DNA of 33,521 nucleotides from an uncultured Rhodospirillales bacterium (GTDB lineage Bacteria; Pseudomonadota; Alphaproteobacteria; Acetobacterales; Acetobacteraceae): NCBI GenBank assembly GCA_903904805.1, contig CAIVDX010000740.1, positions 1 to 33,521 of the forward strand, read 5' to 3'. Shown piece by piece: positions 7,061 to 14,780 of this stretch (position 1 is its first letter; each line of letters starts with the position of its first letter). The notes under the pieces were generated by a model. It saw only the letters and a program-made list of their open reading frames with translations, ran no database searches and was not told where the DNA came from. The position numbers and the translations under genes were made by a program.

Positions 7061-8401
7061 TTACCCCCGCCGCCACGTCGTACCCGCGGCCCCATCCTCA
7101 AGAATCACACCCTGCGCCAAAAGCTCTGCACGAATTGCATCGGCGCGCGCGAAATCCTTCGCCTTGCGCGCGGCCAGCCGTTGCGCGATCAGCGCCTCGA
7201 TCTCGGCTTCGTCGTCACCGCCTCGGAACCACTCTGCCGGCGTATGCATGAAAATTCCAAGCAAATCGCCCGCCGCCCGGAGACCGGCTGCGGCACCGGC
7301 ATCCCCTGCCAACGCGGCGTCGGCCAGCCCGTGCAGCGCCGAGATCGCCAGCGGTGTGTTCAGATCTTCGCATAGGGCGGCCAGCACCGGCTCAGGGACA
7401 TCGCCAGCCGGCACATCGAATTTTTCCAGCGCACGATAGAAGCGGTCCATTTCTCCGCGCGCCTCTGCAAGCGCGCTGTCGGAGAAGTCGAGTGTGGCGC
7501 GGTAATGCGCCTTCAGCATGAGCAGCCGCACTGCCTCGGCCGGCGCATCTTCCAGCACCTCGCGCGCGGTGCGGAAATTGCCCAGGCTCTTCGACATCTT
7601 CTGCCCGTTCACCAGCAGCATGCCGTTATGCACCCAGGTGCGCGCGAACTGGCTGCCGGGGAAGGCGCAGCAGCTTTGGGCGCGCTCATTTTCATGATGC
7701 GGAAAAATCAGATCGTCACCGCCGCCATGGATGTCGAATTCCGCGCCGAGATAGCGGGCGGACATGGCGGAGCACTCGATATGCCAGCCTGGCCGGCCAC
7801 GGCCCCAGGGGCTGTCCCAGCCGGCGGTGCCGGCGTCGGAGGGTTTCCACAGCACGAAATCGCCGGGATGGCGCTTGAAGGGCGCCACCTCGACGCGCGC
7901 GCCGGCGATCAACTCGTCGGGCGTGCGGCCCGAGAGGCGGCCATATTCGGCAAAGCTGGGCACCGAGAACAGCACGTGGCCGGCGGCTTCGTAGGCGTGT
8001 CCACCGGCGATCAGCCGGCTGATCATCGCCACCATGCCGTCGATCTCGGCGGTGGCGCGGGGCTCCACATCGGGCGGCAGCGCGCCGAGGGCGGCCATGT
8101 CGGTGTGGAAATCAGCGGTGGTACGGGCGGTGATGGCGCCGATCGCCTCGCCGCTCTCGGCCGCGCGGGCGTTGATCTTGTCGTCCACGTCAGTGATGTT
8201 GCGGACATAGGTGACGCGCGGGAAGAGATGCCGCAGCAGCCGCACCATGGTATCAAACACCACCACCGAGCGCGCGTTGCCCAGATGCGCCAGGTCATAC
8301 ACCGTCGGGCCGCAGACATAGATGCGCACATGCGCCGGGTCGATCGGGGTGAACCGCTCGCGCCGCCGGGTGAAGCTGTTGTGCAGAACAAGATCAGGCA
8401 T
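7061..8401 (-). CDS. cysS: Cysteine--tRNA ligase
   Basis: 446 aa. Class I signature region YVCGPTVYDLAHLGNARS, KMSKS motif (GQKMSKSLGNF), and a WHIECS zinc/cysteine-binding block. Confidence 0.95.
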   Translation of the reverse strand: MPDLVLHNSFTRRRERFTPIDPAHVRIYVCGPTVYDLAHLGNARSVVVFDTMVRLLRHLFPRVTYVRNITDVDDKINARAAESGEAIGAITARTTADFHTDMAALGALPPDVEPRATAEIDGMVAMISRLIAGGHAYEAAGHVLFSVPSFAEYGRLSGRTPDELIAGARVEVAPFKRHPGDFVLWKPSDAGTAGWDSPWGRGRPGWHIECSAMSARYLGAEFDIHGGGDDLIFPHHENERAQSCCAFPGSQFARTWVHNGMLLVNGQKMSKSLGNFRTAREVLEDAPAEAVRLLMLKAHYRATLDFSDSALAEARGEMDRFYRALEKFDVPAGDVPEPVLAALCEDLNTPLAISALHGLADAALAGDAGAAAGLRAAGDLLGIFMHTPAEWFRGGDDEAEIEALIAQRLAARKAKDFARADAIRAELLAQGVILEDGAAGTTWRRG

Positions 8402-8478
8402 GGCGCTTCTTGCGACGTGTGTTGCGCCAGATCAAGGCACCGCATTTGACGCGACGGGCAGCATCCTCTACCCAGGAT

Positions 8479-8495
8479 TTGCGAACCGTTCGCAA
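8479..8495. promoter_or_regulatory. Perfect 8-1-8 palindrome TTGCGAAC-C-GTTCGCAA in the cysS/mntH divergent promoter region (candidate operator)
   Basis: Read directly from the sequence. It lies 26 nt upstream of the GTG at 8522 (83 nt upstream of the alternative ATG 8579). The binding protein is unknown. Confidence 0.4.
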
Positions 8496-8521
8496 CTACG
8501 TCCGTCGAGAGGCCCACCCCC

Positions 8522-9781
8522 GTGCCGCAGCCCGCCGTCGTCACCCTCAAGCGCCGCCACCCGCTGGGCCGCGCCAACATGCTGGCGGTGTTCGGCCCCG
8601 GCCTGGTCGTGATGCTGGCCGACACCGATGTGGGCAGCATCATCACGGCCGGGCAGTCCGGTGTGCAGTGGGGCTATCAGCTGCTGGCGCTGCAACTGGT
8701 GCTGATCCCCATCCTCTACATGGTGCAGGAGCTGACGGTGCGGCTCGGCATTTTCACCGGGCGCGGCCATGGCGAGCTGATCCGCGACAGTTTCGGCCCG
8801 GTGTGGGCCTGGATCTCCGTCGGCGGTCTGGCGGTGGCGACCGCCGGTGCGCTGCTGACCGAGCTCTCCGGGGTGGCTGGCGTGGGCGAGCTGTATGGCG
8901 TTCCGCGCGCGCTGAGCCTGGCGATGGCGGCCGCGGCGCTGCTTGCGGTGGTGCTCACCGGCTCATACCGGCGGGTGGAGCGGGTGGCGATGATCGTCGG
9001 GCTGTTCGAGCTCGCGTTCTTTGTTGTCGCCTGGAAGGCGCATCCGGACCTGGCGGAGATGGCGGCAGGTGCTGCGCGCATTCCGATCTCCAACCCGGAG
9101 TATCTCTATCTCGCCGCGGCCAATATCGGCGCGGTGATCATGCCCTGGATGGTGTTCTACCAGCAGTCGGCCGTTGCCGATAAAGGCCTGGAGCCGGCGC
9201 ATTACGCAGCCGCTCGACTGGACACCGGGCTGGGTGCGATTCTGACGCAGATGGTGATGGCAGCCGTGCTGATTGCCACCGCGGCCACCATCGGTGCGGC
9301 GCATAGCACTACATCGCTGGAGACCGTCGGCCAAATGAGCGATGCGCTGACGCCGTTCCTGGGCGAGGGAACCGGGCGGCTGGTGTTCGGCCTGGGGGTG
9401 CTGGGGGCGGGCATGGTGGCGGCCATCGTCGCCTCGCTCGCACTCGCCTGGGGGATGGGCGAGGTGACGGGGTATCGCTATTCGCTGGAATACCATCCGC
9501 TGGAGGCGCGCTGGTTCTACGGCATCTACGCGGCCTGCGTGATTGGCGGTGCCGTGCTGGTGGCGGCCTCGCCGAACCTGGTGGCGCTGAATGTGGGCGT
9601 GGAGGTGATGAATGCCTTCCTGCTGCCGATCGTGCTGGGATTTCTGGTCGCTCTGGCCATCAAGGCCTTGCCGCCGGAGCACCGGCTGCGGGGCTGGTAT
9701 CGCTGGGTGGTGATTTTTGTGGCGACCGTGACCTCGGCATTGGGGGTCTATGGTGGGGTGTCGGGCGCTGGGGTGTTTTGA
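8522..9781 (+). CDS. mntH: NRAMP-family divalent metal (Mn2+/Fe2+) transporter
   Basis: 419 aa, about 11 TM. NRAMP N-terminal signature region LAVFGPGLVVMLADTDVGSIITAGQSGVQWGYQLLALQLVLIPILYMVQELTVRLG. The start is uncertain (GTG 8522 or ATG 8579). Confidence 0.8.
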   Translation: MPQPAVVTLKRRHPLGRANMLAVFGPGLVVMLADTDVGSIITAGQSGVQWGYQLLALQLVLIPILYMVQELTVRLGIFTGRGHGELIRDSFGPVWAWISVGGLAVATAGALLTELSGVAGVGELYGVPRALSLAMAAAALLAVVLTGSYRRVERVAMIVGLFELAFFVVAWKAHPDLAEMAAGAARIPISNPEYLYLAAANIGAVIMPWMVFYQQSAVADKGLEPAHYAAARLDTGLGAILTQMVMAAVLIATAATIGAAHSTTSLETVGQMSDALTPFLGEGTGRLVFGLGVLGAGMVAAIVASLALAWGMGEVTGYRYSLEYHPLEARWFYGIYAACVIGGAVLVAASPNLVALNVGVEVMNAFLLPIVLGFLVALAIKALPPEHRLRGWYRWVVIFVATVTSALGVYGGVSGAGVF

Positions 9782-9789
9782 GAAGAATT

Positions 9790-9824
9790 GTTCTTTTTTG
9801 CAAAAAAGAACCAAAAAACCTTTT
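9790..9824 (+). repeat. AT-rich palindromic intergenic element, copy 4 (GTTCTTTTTTGCAAAAAAGAACCAAAAAACCTTTT)
   Basis: Starts 8 nt after the mntH stop, in the same orientation as mntH. Confidence 0.85.
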
Positions 9825-9900
9825 CTTGTTGGGTCCGGTGCGGTTGGTAGCGCAATACCCCTGAGACCGATGGGGTGAGCAACGGCTCATGGAGGGCGTC

Positions 9901-10827
9901 ATGGCAACTTATCTGGTGACCGGCGGGGCCGGGTTTATCGGCTCGCATCTGTGCGACTCGCTGATCGCCGATGGGCACACGGTGCGGGTGCTGGATGATC
10001 TCTCCACGGGCAAGGCGGAGAATCTTCAGCCGGCCGTGACCCTCATCATCGGTGATGCCGCCGATCTCGATGCCGTGCTGGCCGCGGCCGAGGGCGTGGA
10101 TGGCATCTTCCACCTGGCCGCCATCGCATCGGTTCAGCGCGGCAACGAGGATTGGCTGGGCACCCATCGCGCCAACCTCACCGCCACCATTACTGTGCTG
10201 GAGGCCGCGCGCCGCAATGCCCGCGTGCCCGTGGTCTATGCCTCCTCGGCGGCCACCTACGGCAATGCGACCGATTTGCCGATCACCGAGGAGACCCGCC
10301 AGATCCCGCTCACCGCCTATGGCGCGGACAAGATGGGATCGGAACTGCATGCCCGCGTCGCCTGGAGCGTTCATCAAACCCCCACCGCGGGTCTGCGCTT
10401 TTTCAATGTGTTTGGCCCGCGGCAGGACCCGGCCTCGCCCTATTCAGGCGTGATCTCGATCTTCGCCGCGCGCATCGCCAACCGCACCAGCGTCACGTTG
10501 CACGGCGATGGCAGCCAAACGCGGGACTTCATCTATGTCGCTGACGTCGTAAGGCATATTCGCGCGGCGATGGTAAGCCTTGGCGATCGCCCGCGCGCCT
10601 TCGCCTGCAATGTGTGCACCGGGCGCGCTGTCTCGGTGGAGCAGCTTGCCCGCACCATGGCGCGCGTGTCCGGCTGGAACGCGCCCAGCATTTCCTATGG
10701 CCCGGCACGCGCCGGCGACATCAAACATTCGCTGGGCTCACCCGCCCTGGCGATTGCTGAACTGGGGGTTTGCGCGGAGGCCGATTTCGAAGAGTCGCTG
10801 TCTCAAACACTGAAGTCTCTCGGCTAA
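9901..10827 (+). CDS. NAD-dependent sugar-nucleotide epimerase/dehydratase (extended SDR, UDP-hexose 4-epimerase-like)
   Basis: Rossmann motif VTGGAGFIGSH, catalytic YGADK (YxxxK), and FFNVFGPRQ. A GGAGGG Shine-Dalgarno sequence lies 4 nt before ATG 9901. Confidence 0.8.
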   Translation: MATYLVTGGAGFIGSHLCDSLIADGHTVRVLDDLSTGKAENLQPAVTLIIGDAADLDAVLAAAEGVDGIFHLAAIASVQRGNEDWLGTHRANLTATITVLEAARRNARVPVVYASSAATYGNATDLPITEETRQIPLTAYGADKMGSELHARVAWSVHQTPTAGLRFFNVFGPRQDPASPYSGVISIFAARIANRTSVTLHGDGSQTRDFIYVADVVRHIRAAMVSLGDRPRAFACNVCTGRAVSVEQLARTMARVSGWNAPSISYGPARAGDIKHSLGSPALAIAELGVCAEADFEESLSQTLKSLG

Positions 10828-11828
10828 CCCGCCACCGCCTGGGCCGCGTCGATCAACGCCCTGATCGCGCCGTCATCGAGTGCCCGCGCGATGATCACCA
10901 GGCGTGTCTGACGCACGCCGTCGGGCCACGCCGCCAGTTCGCTTGTGGGATGTGCGAGATGCTGCACGCGGTGATAGACCACCGGCCGTTCGCGCCCGAT
11001 GATTCGCAAAATCCCTTTGACACGCAACACATCCGGCCCACGCAGTTCGCCGAGCAGCTGCATTGCCAGCGAAAACGGCTCCCACGCCCAGTCTTCGTCG
11101 CAGACGATGTCGCAGCGGAGGATCGCACCGTGGGAGACTGGCGCATCGGCAACAAAGCGCGCCCGCCTGCCCTGCACGGCCAGAATCTCACCCAGCGGAA
11201 ATTCCCCTGACCTCACCAGATGAATCGCCGCGGAGGGGTTTGCGACGGCCACCATCGACTCGACCATCGCGGCGTGCTCTGCCCCGGCCAGGTCGGGCTT
11301 GGTGATGGCCACCACATCCGCCAGAGCGAGCTGGCGCGCGATGACGTCATCGGTCAGCAGATCACGCCTGGTGGCATCAACGCAGACCAGCACGCGATCA
11401 ACCGAGAACAGCCGGCCCAGATCACGGTCCGCCGCGAGCGCCAGAAGGATGGCGCCGGGGTCGGCCAGGCCGCTCGTCTCAATCACGACACGATCGAAAT
11501 CGCCGATCCGCCCTGCCCGCCGCGCGGCGAACAGGCCGTTCAGGGCGAGCGCGATGTCACCCTGATCGCGGCAGCAGAAACAGCCATTGGAAAGGCTCGC
11601 AATGGTGTCGCCGCCGAGCAGCATCTGGTCGATCCCCAATGCGGCGAAGTCGTTCACCACAGCGGCCAATCTTGCGCCTGGCGTATCGAGCAGGCGACGC
11701 AGCAGCGTGGTCTTGCCGGCGCCGAGGGGGCCGGTGATGACTAGGATGGGGATCAAGAGGGAGGCCAAGGCCTGCGGCTTTGCCCCTTGGGCCGCTCTGG
11801 GGTGGCCACCACCCGTCGCGCGGCGCAC
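10824..11828 (-). CDS. COG0523 (CobW/HypB/UreG-type G3E) GTPase, putative metallochaperone
   Basis: P-loop GPLGAGKTT, metal-binding GCFCC (CxCC), ETSG, and TKPD (NKxD-like), plus a C-terminal CobW_C-like region. Its stop codon overlaps the stop of the convergent epimerase gene. Confidence 0.8.
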   Translation of the reverse strand: MRRATGGGHPRAAQGAKPQALASLLIPILVITGPLGAGKTTLLRRLLDTPGARLAAVVNDFAALGIDQMLLGGDTIASLSNGCFCCRDQGDIALALNGLFAARRAGRIGDFDRVVIETSGLADPGAILLALAADRDLGRLFSVDRVLVCVDATRRDLLTDDVIARQLALADVVAITKPDLAGAEHAAMVESMVAVANPSAAIHLVRSGEFPLGEILAVQGRRARFVADAPVSHGAILRCDIVCDEDWAWEPFSLAMQLLGELRGPDVLRVKGILRIIGRERPVVYHRVQHLAHPTSELAAWPDGVRQTRLVIIARALDDGAIRALIDAAQAVAG

Positions 11829-11880
11829 GCTGGGGCATGACGGAGTCCAGGGGCAGAGCCCCTGGCCTGGCCTGGCCTCT

Positions 11881-13095
11881 TCAGAACCCGGCCTCCAGCA
11901 TCAACAGCCCACCACCCATGCGATCCACAGCGTAGGTCACCCCACGCTCATCGACATACACATCGTTGATCTGGGTGGCGCCAGCCGGCGAGTTCGGCGG
12001 GGCATCGGGCACGAACCAGCCGATCTCCTGCGGCCGATAGGGATCCGACAGATCATAGGCCCGCACGCCGCCGTTGAAGAACGCGCCGACGATCTGCGTT
12101 TCCGACCGCCAGGACAGCGGTCCGGGATTGTTTTCGTGGATGTTGTGCGCGCCGAAGCGGCCGCCGCGTTTGGAGAACACATCCACCGGTGGCATCGGGC
12201 AGGTCGCAATCGGCACCGGATTGCTCTCGCAGCGCGCATCGAAAATCCAGACCAGCTTGGGCCAGTCTTCGCCATTGTCCATCACGCTCTCGTCGGTCAC
12301 CACCATCAGCCCACGTTCGAACAAGGGCAGCACGGTGTGGGTGAAGCCGTTATAGGGCGGCGAATGATTGAAATGCGCAACAGGCTTCGGGTTTGCCTTG
12401 TCGGCAATATCGAGAATGACAAAACCGCCGTCAATGTAGCCAACATAGGCGCGGTCTGGACGGTTTGGATAGACATTCGTGTTGTGCGCGCGAAAGCCTG
12501 TGCCCATCGGCGCCTTGAGCCGCGGCGGCGGCGGCGCGGCGTCACCCGCCATCGTGCCGGGCAGCCACCAGCGCCCAACCTCGCGCGGCGCGCTGGGGGC
12601 GCGCACATCAATGATCCGGTAGATCTGGTCATCGCGCGCATCGCGGGGGGTGAAATCGGCGGCACCTGCGGCAAGATGCACATACTCACCATCGGCAAAC
12701 CACAGCTGATGCACACCGCGGGAATGCGGACCGGAGCAGTCGAAGAAGGCAATCGAGCGCGGCGATTCCGGCTTTGAGATATCGAACAATTCAAAACCGG
12801 CCGGCTGCATGCCGGCATGCGACACCTGATAGGCCACGGCCATCAGGTCGCCCACGACCTCAAGCGAGTTGGAGCGCACGCGCGCATGCGGCAACTCGGT
12901 CTGCACGACCATCCTTGGGGCCCGCGGATCCGAGACATCGATACCCGTGAAATTCATCGGCGCGCTCTCATGCGCCACCCACACGATGCGCCGGCCATCC
13001 TTGGCAAGCTGGATGCCGATCCCCTCGCCGAGACCACCAAAGCCACCAAGATCATGATGACCAAGCTGGGTGTAGTTCCATGATGAGGGCGCCAT
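11881..13095 (-). CDS. Cytoplasmic LVIVD-repeat beta-propeller protein, function unknown
   Basis: 404 aa from ATG 13095 (GGAGA Shine-Dalgarno upstream). Six hhhhD-x-S/A-x-P repeats: GIDVSDPRAP, LFDISKPESP, IIDVRAPSAP, ILDIADKANP, IFDARCESNP, AYDLSDPYRP. The track ORF 11881-13914 is over-extended across the divergent SBP gene. Confidence 0.6.
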   Translation of the reverse strand: MAPSSWNYTQLGHHDLGGFGGLGEGIGIQLAKDGRRIVWVAHESAPMNFTGIDVSDPRAPRMVVQTELPHARVRSNSLEVVGDLMAVAYQVSHAGMQPAGFELFDISKPESPRSIAFFDCSGPHSRGVHQLWFADGEYVHLAAGAADFTPRDARDDQIYRIIDVRAPSAPREVGRWWLPGTMAGDAAPPPPRLKAPMGTGFRAHNTNVYPNRPDRAYVGYIDGGFVILDIADKANPKPVAHFNHSPPYNGFTHTVLPLFERGLMVVTDESVMDNGEDWPKLVWIFDARCESNPVPIATCPMPPVDVFSKRGGRFGAHNIHENNPGPLSWRSETQIVGAFFNGGVRAYDLSDPYRPQEIGWFVPDAPPNSPAGATQINDVYVDERGVTYAVDRMGGGLLMLEAGF

Positions 13096-13179
13096 GCCGG
13101 TTCTCCACGCGATGAGGAATGATGCTGGCATAGCGCTTGCGGGCCAACAAGCCGACCTGGTCCCATTGGAGGCGGTGCG

Positions 13180-14226
13180 ATGCGTGGACTTATGCTGGCC
13201 TGTGCTGCAACTCTCGCGTTGGCTGCGCCCCTGCGCGCGCAGCCCATCGAGGCGCCTGACGTGAAGATCACGCTGGATTGGGCCTTTCAGGGCCCGCAAT
13301 CGGCGTTTCTGTATGGCGCCGAGAAGGGCGAGTTCAGCAGGCGCGGCATCAACGCCACCATCGATCGCGGTACCGGCTCCGCCGACGTGATGGTGCGCGT
13401 GGCGTCCGGCGCCTACCAGTTCGGCTGGGCCGATATCGCGACAATGGTGAAATTCAATGCGGAAAACCCGGACAAGCCGCTGATCGCGGGCTATGTCACC
13501 GGCGGCAACTCGCCGCTGGCGGTGGTGACCGTCGCAGGCCGCGGCATCACCACGCCGAAAGACCTGGAGGGACGCACACTGGGTGCCGCGGCCGGCAGCG
13601 CCGCCCTGGCATTGTTCGACGCGTTCGGTAAATCGGCCGGCTTCGATCCGAAAAGCGTCCACTGGAAACTGCTTGGCGGCGCGCTGCGGGAGCCGATGAT
13701 GGTGCGCGGCGAGGTGGACGCTGTCGCCGGCTTCACAACCTCCAGCATCATGAGTGTTGTCGAGCTTGGCGTGCCTCTCCAGAAGGTCGTGACGCTGCGA
13801 TATAATGATTACGGGATCAAGCAATATGGCACCGCCTTCGTAATGCGTGCTGACTACGCCAAGGCCAATCCGAATACCGCCAAGGCCGTGATCGCGGCGT
13901 TGAACGCGTCGCAAAAGGATGCGATCGCTGACCCACAGGCGTCGGTCAATGCGATCAAGGCGCGTGATCCTCTGGTGAATCTCTCCACGGAATGCACAAG
14001 ACTGGTGGAGGGCCTGCAGACGCTGACGCTGACGGAGGAGTTCAGATCCAAAGGAATCAGCTCGGTCGATCTGGCGCGCATGCAGGCATCCGTTGACGAG
14101 CTGCTCAAGGCGTTCGATCTGAAGGCGTCGATCCCGGTCGAGCAGGTCTACACCGATGCATTTTTACCCGCCGCGGCGGAGAGGATGCCCCCGGCACTTG
14201 GCCAGTGTTCGCCAAACCCCGCCTGA
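13180..14226 (+). CDS. Orphan ABC substrate-binding protein, NitT/TauT (NMT1-like) family
   Basis: 348 aa with signal peptide MRGLMLACAATLALAAPLRAQP and a GGAGG Shine-Dalgarno sequence. It has SsuA/NMT1-like character. No permease or ATPase gene is adjacent. Confidence 0.7.
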   Translation: MRGLMLACAATLALAAPLRAQPIEAPDVKITLDWAFQGPQSAFLYGAEKGEFSRRGINATIDRGTGSADVMVRVASGAYQFGWADIATMVKFNAENPDKPLIAGYVTGGNSPLAVVTVAGRGITTPKDLEGRTLGAAAGSAALALFDAFGKSAGFDPKSVHWKLLGGALREPMMVRGEVDAVAGFTTSSIMSVVELGVPLQKVVTLRYNDYGIKQYGTAFVMRADYAKANPNTAKAVIAALNASQKDAIADPQASVNAIKARDPLVNLSTECTRLVEGLQTLTLTEEFRSKGISSVDLARMQASVDELLKAFDLKASIPVEQVYTDAFLPAAAERMPPALGQCSPNPA

Positions 14227-14246
14227 ATTGTAAGTGGTCCGCGGCT

Positions 14247-14780
14247 TTAAGACAGCGCGCGCTGCGAGGTGCGTTCGTTCGCCGTCAAAAGCGCCAACAG
14301 GCCCTCCAGCAATTGTGCCGGCGTGGGCGGGCAACCGCGGATGGTGAGATCGAACGGTACCGGGCTTTCTCCGATCGCATAGCTGCCCTTGAACACCCCG
14401 AAATCGACGGCGCAGTCTCCCACCGCAACGACCCATTTCGGGTCCGGTGTGGCCATCCAGGTGCGGGAAATGGCCTCGTGCAGATTGCGGGACAATGGGC
14501 CGGTGACCAGCAGCACATCTGCGTGGCGCGGCGAGGCAACAAAGCGGATTCCGAAACGCTCGAGATCATAAACGATATTGGTGAGCGCGTTGAGTTCGAG
14601 TTCGCAGCCATTGCAGCTGCCAGCATCGAGATGGCGCAGTGCGAGGCTGCGGCCGAGACACGTTTGCGCGGCGGCATCCAGACGCTCCGCCAAAGCGGCG
14701 ACCGTGCGCTCCGGCGCGGGCACTGCGGTTTCGGTGACCGGACCACGCCAGAGATTGGTGGCGAAGCGGCGCCAGACCAT
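14247..14780 (-). CDS. NuoB/HycG/HyfI-like small subunit with retained 4-Cys [4Fe-4S] motif
   Basis: 177 aa. Contains LRHLDAGSCNGCELE, RFGIRFVASPRHADVLLVTGP, VVAVGDCA and IRGCPPTP. Its ATG shares nt 14780 with the upstream stop (TGATG). Confidence 0.85.
   Translation of the reverse strand: MVWRRFATNLWRGPVTETAVPAPERTVAALAERLDAAAQTCLGRSLALRHLDAGSCNGCELELNALTNIVYDLERFGIRFVASPRHADVLLVTGPLSRNLHEAISRTWMATPDPKWVVAVGDCAVDFGVFKGSYAIGESPVPFDLTIRGCPPTPAQLLEGLLALLTANERTSQRALS

Noticed and set aside
8402..8521. A manganese riboswitch (yybP-ykoY type) in the mntH leader.
   Set aside because: The region is only 120 bp and is shared with the cysS promoter. I could not see the four-way-junction-like conserved helices. 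That riboswitch class usually controls exporters rather than NRAMP importers.
11881..13914. A single 677-aa ORF. Similar N-terminal over-extensions appear in track ORFs 349-1080, 3332-4315, 14780-16693, 17736-18596, 21032-22552, 24451-25467 and 25160-26704.
   Set aside because: The extensions are low-complexity and overlap neighbouring genes or intergenic DNA. Internal ATG/GTG codons with Shine-Dalgarno sequences or NTGA coupling give products of the expected family length.
13180..14226. The orphan NitT/TauT solute-binding gene, plus scattered paralogous ABC components (1388-4156 and 33022-33521), as evidence of a rearranged or mobile transporter island.
   Set aside because: There are no flanking mobility genes, tRNA or compositional shift. 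Orphan SBPs of this family are common in alphaproteobacterial genomes.
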